Shown: in pieces, positions 53,588 through 64,000 of the stretch
Layout: each line of letters opens with the position of its first letter
How positions within the stretch are numbered: position 1 is the first letter of the stretch
Origin: Octopus sinensis
Taxonomy: Eukaryota
DNA length: 64,000 nucleotides
Direction of reading: 5' to 3'
Assembly: GCF_006345805.1 (NCBI RefSeq)
Contig: NC_042997.1
Location: 96,100,001 to 96,164,000, forward strand
The notes under the pieces: generated by a model
Database searches by the model: none
Seen by the model: the letters and a program-made list of their open reading frames with translations, nothing else
What the model was told of the DNA's origin: nothing
Program-made: the position numbers and the translations under genes

Positions 53588-53822
53588 CGTGTGTGTGTGT
53601 ATGTGTGGAACGAGGAAATGAGTATTCAATATCACTTTCCATGTGATTGGCTTTAATGACACAAGGATATTTTCCTACTTTTCTTAGCATAAACCAATGT
53701 TAACCTTAATTCACAAATAAATAATTTATATAGGCGCAGGAGTGGCTGTGTGGTAAGTAGCTTGCTTACCAACCACATGGTTCCGGGTTCAGGCCCACTG
53801 TGTGGCATCTTGGGCGAGTGTC
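53501..53822 (+). repeat. ~320-bp local duplicate of 56520-56825 (unique flank plus SINE head)
   Basis: Shared GTGGAACGAGGAAATGAGTATTCAA...TTCACAAATAAATAAT..ATAGGCGCAGGAGTGGC...GTGTC. Confidence 0.88.
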
Positions 53823-54667
53823 CACTTTGTATGTATCCACGCCCTTTAAATAGTTTTATTTATTTATCATATCTGTCTCTGTCTTACATTTATCACAGTT
53901 ATGTCGCAGATATATTCATATATTCGTTTATTTATCTATTTATATAGTTATTTATTCACTTATTTTTTATACATCGATCTCTGTTTCTCATAAGTATCTC
54001 CATAAGTATCACAGGTAAGTTCATATATGTTTATTGTGTGTGTATTACTCCGTAATAAATACAATGATCATCCCGAAATACAACAATATATATATAGAGA
54101 GAGAGAAAGTGTATGTATGTATGTATGTATGTATGTATGTATGTATGTATGTATGTATGTATGTATGTATGTATGTAGTCTAAATAAAATGAAACGTTAA
54201 ACCCAAGGCAGTGTGAAATTTCTACTACATTTTATAAAGAGAAGGGTAGTCATACAGCTTCTTTAGGGATATAAACGATATCCTAATATCAGAGACGATA
54301 TATGAAAGCTAAATAGAAGGAAATAATAGAGTTTAATATAAGTTATTTTGGAAAGGGTGAGATATAGAAAGTTTAAAGGGAAATATAAGAATAAAAATGG
54401 TACTAACACCTGCGCACTATCCATTTGTAATAACAAAATATGAACTCCTATGAGAACATAGATTCCATAGACAAGAAGCCTTTTTACCCCTTCTAGACAA
54501 CACATTCATTGAATAATGGAACAGCAAGTTTAACATCCAACATTTATATTTTCAGTTTTATATTTCCCTTTATAATTCATGTATCCCTCCCATTCCCAAA
54601 TAACTTCTTATATTGAACTCTATTTCCTTCTCTTTAACTCTCTCAAATAGTCGTTGATGATGGGATA

Positions 54668-56266
54668 TCTCTATATATATAAAACTGAGAATGTGTGTCT
54701 GTCTGTGTGTTTCCCTAAAACTTGAGAACTACCCAACCAATTTTATTCAAATTTTACACATGCCTTTCTTAGGGTTCATGTAGTTTCATGGGCAAAACAA
54801 ATGTTCAACTTCTTGCCTAGGGCTAGCCCATTGCAATATCATATCTTCTCCACTATTTCAGTATTACGTGTTAAAAGTGAAACAAAAACATTTCTCTATT
54901 TTATGTCAGATACTTTCACTTTAACAATAAAAATTAGAGATAATAATAACAATTGAATTATATGTAGTAAGTAATAATTAGAATCAAACTAAAATATAAT
55001 ATAATCGTAACATAACAAAAGTAAAAATAGCAATTGATATAAAATTACATCATTGACTTGAACTTGAATAAGTGGTTTCACATGAATGGGAATAAATTAA
55101 AAATAAAATTAGCGTGCAGAAATGGAATAGTCCAGATGGAGGTGTGCACATACCGTTTACCACGGCTTTTACATTAGATTATCTGCTAATTAGCTAGCAT
55201 TAAGTATCCATATAAAGTTCGGCTGCATGTAATGTCTGTTTTTCTCGAACAGCCGCTTCTACTGAGTACTGCTGTTGGTTTATTTCTTATACACAGAGAA
55301 CTATAGCTTCAACTGCGTACTGCTTTTTGATTCATCGTAAGGTTTGTTGTTATTATTATTACTGCTTAACTATTGTTATCACGTTTGTTGGTTCCTCGTA
55401 AGGGAAATGTTGTTGTGTTGCATTTGTTAAATAATTGTAAACTGTAACCCTCCCTCTTTGGGAAAAGGAGCTTTGGTTATTGTTTAAAAATTGAATTGGG
55501 TCGCTGTTCCGGAAAATTGACAATATTTTCACTGTTTATACGAAAGCATTTTTGTTAGAATGCCTTCGATAGAAGAAAGTCCAAAAATGAATTTCGCTGC
55601 AGCCGTCGGTGGGTGCGAACTCATTAAAATTAAAATGGAAGAAATACAAACCTATTTAGGATTGATCACCGACAAAGACGGGGAATCTAGGATAACACCA
55701 CCAAGCGAAATAAAAAATTAAATTAAAGAAAAGACTATTGTCTATAAAGTATACAATGTCAAGAAAAAAGAAGATTTGAACACTTGGAGGAAAGCACCAT
55801 CGAAAAGTGTCTTGGTGCGACTATGAAAGATATCTAATCAGAGACGGTAAATTCGCCACAATAGAAGCAAGGTTCGAGTCAACGGAGCGTGTAAGGGAGT
55901 ACTCGACTCGAACCTTGCAAAGTGGGAATATTTTATTTTTACCTATATATCTGGGTCGTAGGACGTCCCGGAAAAAATTTTAAATGTCCCCCCAGAAGTA
56001 GAGGTAGGTTGAATTGTAGCCACACTTCTATACAAGAGGGAGGACAAGATACAATTAATCGAAATTGCAAGAGACGGGCCTACAATTCCAGTTTGTTATA
56101 TATTTTGAGTATTGTTATCACTAGTGATATCAAGATATAACTTTGAATTTTGTATTTTATGTGTAGATGTATATATATAGATGTACATGTAATATGTACA
56201 CAAAATATATACACATATAAACATGCACTAGCACTATGACCCGGCAACGACGGGTCATAATGCTAG
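54668..56266 (+). mobile_element. Putative non-autonomous Helitron (A|TC...hairpin-CTAG|T)
   Basis: 5' A|TCTCTATATATATAAAACTGAG followed by a DINE-like core CCAATTTTATTCAAATTTTACAC; 3' ACTAGCACTATGACCCG-GCAACGA-CGGGTCATAATGCTAG|T. Whether both ends belong to one element is inferred. Confidence 0.55.
55560..56065 (+). pseudogene. L1/Tx1-like ORF1 5' remnant, distinct subfamily from 42047-42935
   Basis: MPSIEESPKMNFAAAVGG...EKTIVYKVY...TIEKCL...FLPIYLGRRTSR, which aligns by eye with RGTVVYSC...HVEKAL...FPTYMGRKAVR at 42540-42914. Confidence 0.6.
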
Positions 56267-56735
56267 TATTTTATATACCCAAAACAGCTGTAAGGATACC
56301 TACCTCTTTATAAAATGTCCTAGAAATTTCACACTGCTTTGGCTTTGTTGTCCCATTTTATTGAACCTTAAAAATGCTCACACACAATCTGCGTGGGACT
56401 CCTCACTCATGCTATTATATTATTGAACCGAGAGTCTAACAGCGGTTCTTTCTTAGCACTCACATAGCCTTACCTGCCTTTTGTCTCCTCTGGATGCCAG
56501 AACATCTCTTATTATATATGTATGGATGTATGTATGTTTGGATGTATGTATGCATGTAGATGTCTATGTGTATATATAATATATATATGTGTGTGTGTAT
56601 GTGTGTTTGTGGAACGAGGAAATGAGTATTCAACATCACTTTCCATGTGATTGGCTTGAATGACACAAGAATATTTTCCTACTTTTCTTAGCATAAATCA
56701 ATCTTAACCTTAATTCACAAATAAATAATATATAT

Positions 56736-57278
<543 letters not shown>

Positions 57279-59439
57279 TTCGTTTTTCAGTCATTTGACT
57301 GCGGCCATGCAGGAGCACCCCTCTTTAGTCGAAGAAATTGACCTCTGGACTTATATACTTTGTAAGTCGGTACCAATTCTATCGCTAAGTTACGGAGACG
57401 TAAACACCCAAACGGAGATTTTATAATTGGTTTATTTGCTTATACACACACGCATACGCACATACACACACGCACACGCACGTACACACACGCACACACA
57501 GGCATACGCATTTTATATATATACACGAGCGTGCACACATACGACGTGCATTCCAGAAGATTTAAAACTTTTTAGGAGACACTTATAGCTGTCCTAGAGT
57601 ATTGTAATTATAGTATGTCATTGATATGCATCTAATAAGCTGACCTTTTATATTCCCAAATGAAGTTGATGTCCATAATAACACTCTATAAAGCAGTGCT
57701 TGTCACAAGCGGTTATTATACAGAACACAGTCGGGTTGTTTCGACACTAACTGTGCGATAGGTTTTGTGTTAAACTGAGCATGAAACATATGAATGCTCC
57801 AAATTGCTTATGGATAAACTTTTCGCCGGAAGTGAGAGACTGTATAGAGAGAGTAGGAAGGAGAAGATAAATCAGAATATCAAATCTGTTTGAAAATATT
57901 TGCATTTTTGCATTGTGTTTGTGAACATAAAGTAAAACGTAATATATAATCAATAATGCCGACTACTACCGAAGAATAGCTTCGACTTGCAAACCTCAGT
58001 AATATATACCTAATATGAAAACTATGAGAATCTTATTAACCTTGAGGGTACTCAACGAAAAGTTTAGTATGAATACTTGGATACCTGAGAATTAAGATGC
58101 AATATCTTTGTGTGAGCTTCATATATCGGAGTATAATCTGTTTTCCATTGCCAATACTAGTGTGCAGATGTTTACACATTCTTAATGATCACAATGTTGA
58201 CAAGTCTGGAGAAATATCTCCTTGAGTGAGGTCAAAGTATATTGAACCTCACCAACCATATAGTTGGTAGTTAGATCATCAGATTTCTAGCATTTGACAC
58301 CTTTATTAATCATTTAATCACTGATTAATATTTTCTCCTCACATCACAAATATTTCCTCACGGTATTAATATTTCAATTCTCACAATGGCTAATGTATTG
58401 AAATTAACTCTATAACATCAGTGATTTATGTTTGATGGAGGTAAAGTTACAGGTCTAATACATTTTAATACTTCTATCTATGAATGAGTAAATTAAGGAA
58501 CATCTCCTTATCTATATACGTGTAAATATTACTTTCGAATATACTACCATGGTAAAGCAGAATGACTCAAAATTCAGTGTGCTTCAGTGATTATTCAATA
58601 AATTGCTGAGAATAGAATATTATGGACTATAGTATATCGTTTAATAATTCGATTTAGCTTTGTTAATGCTTTGGATTAAATTGTGGAGTCTTCAGTTTAA
58701 TGGCGACTATCAGTCACCTCCAGGATTTTTCGTTATTGATTTGAGGCAACATCAATAGAGTCATCGCAGTATATGTTAATATAATAAAATTGTGAGAATT
58801 ATAACCGGAATAGTTAGAAACGAGTTAAGTAAACAATATTAACTGTAATACTTAAAAACAAAACTCATCATAACAGAACGCAGATTTGATGCGTGTATTC
58901 ATATGTCTGTGCGCATAGTTTCACTAAAAGCAATACAGCCAAACGATAAACGCAGATATATATATGTATACATTAGTGTGTTTATACATATATGATAATA
59001 AATGCTTACATCGATATAAACCATATAAATATTTCGTTTGCCCCACTCATCCTGTTTAAGAAATAAATGATCATTACAGGCTTTCCCATACAGGTTCATA
59101 CATAAGACTACGAAACATGAGTGCAAAATCAGACAAAATATATGAGGACGGAACGACTTATATTCAGTTTGGGTGTCTTTAAGTGATAAAGGTGATCAGT
59201 TCCTACTTATTTGGATATAAATAGCATTTTAGAGTAGCCAAATCACATTTCACCACTCGAAATATAATATGTGCTGAGCTGTTCCATGTTTTCTAAGGCC
59301 AGGACATCATATCTTGAATGCAGTTAGAACATATCCATTCCTCTGATCAATCAGCCCGTTCTTCTGTTAGCGATACAGAGTCGCGATTTTTATTCTCGGA
59401 CATTTTACAACAGAAACCTCTCACACTGTTTTATATATG

Positions 59440-59508
<69 letters not shown>

Positions 59509-60927
59509 TGTATGTATATGTAAATACATATGCGCTATTTCCCTTGAGAAGTCTTCGTGTGGACTTGTATGCATAAACACACTTGGGTTTATATCACTGG
59601 TATATCAGAACCGTCAGCTACGGATGCTGGAAGTGCAAGATTAAGTGATATCATGCTATTTATGACTCATCAGCGGTAGACATTAAATAGGAACGTAACA
59701 GCCGAATCTCTCCTTATTGATATATAGAATATCAGTATCTATTCAGGAACTGATATCGCAAATAGCCAGTGGGCTTATTATAGAATAATTAATAACAGCG
59801 GAAGCAGTATTAATGCCAAAAGGCAATCTGTATCTCCTACTAAATGTGGATGTTGTGTGAGAACACAGAATACTGCGTTATTTACCTTGAGAGAATCTCT
59901 CATATGGACTCGTGGGGCATCTTATGATATTTTACCTCACTACTCTATGTCTATGATTGAGCAGTCTAAAAAGGGCAAAGTTACGTGATCCAGCAGTACC
60001 ACCGACCGCTGGAGACGGTTTTCATCTGTCAATGATATAAATACGAGTACTTCTATGAACTTATGGGTGCCTTGGTCATATTAACTACATATATTTCCCA
60101 TACTTTGAATAACCGGTTTTCTAAACCAGTTTTCCTTCTCTGAACTGGATTGCATTAACTTAATTATTTCAATTAAGTTTATATATTTTCCAAGAAATAT
60201 ATCAAAGTATTTGTACACTATATTTTTTTTCTTTCTTTTGTCGATGCATTCGATAAGAATAATTTCTTGTTATTTATGAAATGAAGAGCACTACTACTAC
60301 TGCTCATTCATTCGATCATCACTCCAAATTGGCTTGCATCATCCATTAAGATTTTATCGAATGTGTCAATTAAGATTTTCAACTAAAATCTAGTTAAATG
60401 TCTTTCAGAATTTAAAATTATGAACTTGTTTACAATCTATACATATTTTAACAAAAAGTTCTTTGTGCTTGATATTTTTTTTTCCTTTTTGAAGCATTCT
60501 TAGCGAGAAATACCTAAAAGTTTGCTAACATCCGTAGCCACATAGAATTTATAATTACATTTTCGTACATATATTTAGATATTTGTACATAGGCATTGTT
60601 CCGTTTTAAGGAACATTGTCAGAAGTATTCTGGTAGACGAAAAGTTAATTTCAATAACTTGTTTTGCAACATGAATATGTATATGTTTTCTTTAGTAAGC
60701 TGTGTTATAGGTAAATAATAGGTGAATAGATAAACGAAAATCGATATTGCTCAACATAGGTCAGATGGATATATATAACTTTTGCTCTTCATATAATCTT
60801 AACCGTATCGAAAGATCGCTAAAGTTGAAAACATTTGCTAATGAAATAACTATCAAAATAACTAGCACGTTGGTTTCAAATATTTTTGAGAGTTTTATAG
60901 GTATACATATATATATATATATATAAT

Positions 60928-60963
<36 letters not shown>

Positions 60964-62348
60964 CGTATATATATGCAGCACCATCAGTGCCAAATATTGT
61001 TTAAGCTTAAGCGAACTTTAGGCTACATAAAATGTTTGTGACATATTTCAACTTCTATAGGCAAATTCATTGCAATTGCCGTAGAGAAAAATAGTTTCTA
61101 TTATAGCAAAAATATAAAAACACCATACTTGCTCAGTGCTACTCCATGTAGATGCCCAGGCGCAACATATCTAGCTCTTTAGCCATTATCAACGGGAAAT
61201 AGCTAAGACAGGTACCTCTGGGAAAATTTAAAGCCATAGCTTTCAATAAAACACAGTGAACAACATTAAATGTGTTGCGCTATTAAACCGCCAAGTCGGA
61301 TGAAATTCAGCAGTATCAGCTCCAAGCATAGACACATATAAGTGTCATGTATAAGTGGGAAACAGAAATAACGAAATATGAATACATAATGCACACGTAA
61401 TTACAACATAAATTCTTCAGCTGGTGCACAGGTGTCGATTACGTGAAGTTTTCTCAAATTTTTCTTTGACATATACATAATTCCTGAGTTTGAAAAAACG
61501 CTTAATCTGACATAAATTTCTTGAGATCAATCTGAGGAACCGATAGTAAGTCGAACCGGCGGCATTTTCTACGACAACGTGACGTGAATAAATTGTTTCC
61601 TTAAATGAAACTTTCTGTTTGTCTGTTTCTTTGTCTATCCCTTGTTACTTCTCTCTCTCCCTTTCACTCTCATTATATTTGTATGTATGTACATAAACAT
61701 ATGCCCATACACACGAACACAGGACGTGCTATTCAATGTTTCAAGTACCTGATCGACAGACATTCTTGATAATGCAGAACACTAAAATAGTTTATGAGTA
61801 TTTACAAGCATTTGTAGTCACCATCTCATCGAGTAACCGTTTAAATTTTGATTGGGTAATACACTTATTACTCTTCGAAATAACTGGAGTCTATTGGATA
61901 AAAGTGATTGAATATAACGGACGTTAAGATGAGTGGAGTAATCAATAAGTTGGATAGTATAAACTCGTAGGCATGGGTATACAAATTGCACAAAACGTGA
62001 AATACCTTATCAAATATTAGATGCTTGAAGGGATTAAAACATGTAAAAAAGTTAAAAAGGAAAATTAAAATAAAATGGATAAATAATTTTAAAACTTGCT
62101 TACTGTAAGAGAGGGAAGAATATTTTAGCTATAGCAGAAAACACAAGAGATAAGATTAAAGATGGAAAGAGCAAAGGAAAAAAAACTTTGATAGATATTG
62201 AGTGTAAGAGATACATATTTACGTGCATGTTTATAGTTGTGCTGTAAGTTCATTTAGCGTCATATAATTTAGAAAACACTGCAAATCAGAAATGGTTATT
62301 TGAAAATTGAAATTGAAAGAACAATCACCGAACACACGGACAAAACAA

Positions 62349-62391
<43 letters not shown>

Positions 62392-62515
62392 CTATGGGTG
62401 TATAATGTCTATAACTAATGATAATCCGTGGACGTTTGTCATAAATACAATGAAGAGAAAATGCATTAATGCTCTACTTCTGTATCACAACGTGGCAACC
62501 AAATACTGGATGTAT

Positions 62516-62910
62516 GGCGGAGAGCTGGTAGAAACGTTAGCGGCATTTCGTCCATCTTTATGCTCTTCGTTTAAATTCCGCCAGGATCGACTTTGCCTTT
62601 CATCATTTCAGGCTCGATAAAATAAGTACCAGCTAAATACTGGGGCCGATGTAGTCGCCTTAACCCTGCTCCATACTTGCTGGCCCTGCGCCAAAACTTG
62701 AAGCCAATATAAAATATTGGAATAAGGCGGCATGCTGGAAAAATCGTTAATATATCGTGCAAAATGCTTAGCGGCATTTCGCCCCCCTCCTCGTTCTGAA
62801 TTCAAATTTCTCCTTGATTATTCAGGATTTGATAAAATAAGTAACAGTTGAACACTCTCGACTACTTAATCGATTTAGCCCCTTTGCCATAACTGCTAGC
62901 CTTGAGCAAA
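62516..62910 (+). mobile_element. OK-type SINE followed by a second, more diverged copy
   Basis: GGCGGAGAGCTGGTAGAAACGTTAGC...AAATTCCGCCAGGATCGACTTTGCCTTTCATC...; second head AAGGCGGCATGCTGG near 62725. Confidence 0.7.
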
Positions 62911-63482
62911 AATTTGTAACCAACATAGAATAACGGAATTAAGAGGTTTTTTTCGTTTTAAATTATGGGACACTCAGACAGATTACGCGCGCGGTACGCA
63001 TAGTGGAAGCAGATTCTGACTACCACATATGCAAAGATTGTGGAGTGACAACCATCACATTACCATCATGTTAGAGTAATAATAACCGAATGAGGATAAA
63101 TATAATTACAGTCACCTAAAATGATATACTTACGAACCACAACCACACACGACACACATGCACATTTTTATACACTGGCAAATGCCCTACATACTATATA
63201 CATATACGCATATGTTCAGAAAAATTAGAAAACGAAAAGCAAAGAACTTAATAAAAGAGATGAGAAAAGCGGGACATTACAAACACATTACATACACATT
63301 ACACACAGCAAATGTGGATGATTGACATCAATACGTTGCACAGAAAAGCAGTTGGAGATTTGTAAAATTAGTACAAAGGTCAAAGAAATGAACAATAAAG
63401 CTAAAGCAGATGTGACCTATAAATGCTGCTTGTATTTATTGGCAATATATCACACACATACACCACATACACACGGAAACAA

Positions 63483-63540
<58 letters not shown>

Positions 63541-63939
63541 CTGTGTGTGTGTGTATGTGCGTCTCTGTGTGTGTACAGACACGCACATATGCATAGAAAA
63601 TTAATATACCCATAAATAATACATAAGAGTTTATTAATTGTCCATCATCTGCGCTTGCTCACTGATACGCTTCTGCAAAGAAGCTATAAAAGTCGATTTT
63701 TAGTCAATTGCTGCACGCTGCGTTGAGGATGTTTTGTGTTTATTTTTGTTTCTCTTTTTCTCTTTCCCCTTATCGCTCTCTGTCTCTTTCTTCTCTATTT
63801 GTCGCTACTTCTATTAGTCGGTTTTACATATTTTTCTGTAATGGTTTCTCGTTAGGCCAAAATTATTGATGATATTGTCTTTGTATTTTCTTTCCTGCGA
63901 AATTTACATTAAGCTTCAATATTACCATTACTTTATGAG

Positions 63940-63984
<45 letters not shown>

Positions 63985-64000
63985 TAAATTCAAATTCACT

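Noticed and set aside
63680-63710. CTATAAAAG followed by TTAGTC as a core promoter
   Set aside because: TATA-to-initiator spacing is too short and such words are common in AT-rich DNA.

Overview
AT-rich, microsatellite-dense eukaryotic DNA made mostly of transposon debris. The tRNA-derived SINE families and TA/CA/TAGA repeats look like an octopus (coleoid cephalopod) genome; this is inferred from recalled repeat families, not from a search. No prokaryotic features (no CRISPR, no operons). Most ORF-track entries are microsatellite translations. Decayed elements present: CR1/L2-like, RTE and L1/Tx1 LINEs, Penelope-like elements (RT and GIY-YIG pieces), mariner (one full-length 1.29 kb copy plus MITEs), Helitrons and many SINEs. 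Only one likely host coding exon was found (48736-48931, minus strand), resembling the N-terminus of a class B GPCR. The main hidden structure is a set of type I hammerhead ribozyme (HHR) motifs from several sequence families. Five well-formed copies with long stem II and palindromic stem III lie in two clusters: a head-to-head 232-bp inverted pair (1609-2272), and a ~533-bp tandem-plus-inverted array (10561-11867) that could release a ~535-nt monomer. A third long-stem family (30446-30517) and several minimal, core-variant or decayed HHRs also occur. Other oddities: a Tx1 element with ORF1 inverted relative to ORF2, a 1.7-kb near-perfect palindrome (possibly an assembly artefact), and a Helitron-bounded segment carrying a LINE ORF1 fragment.
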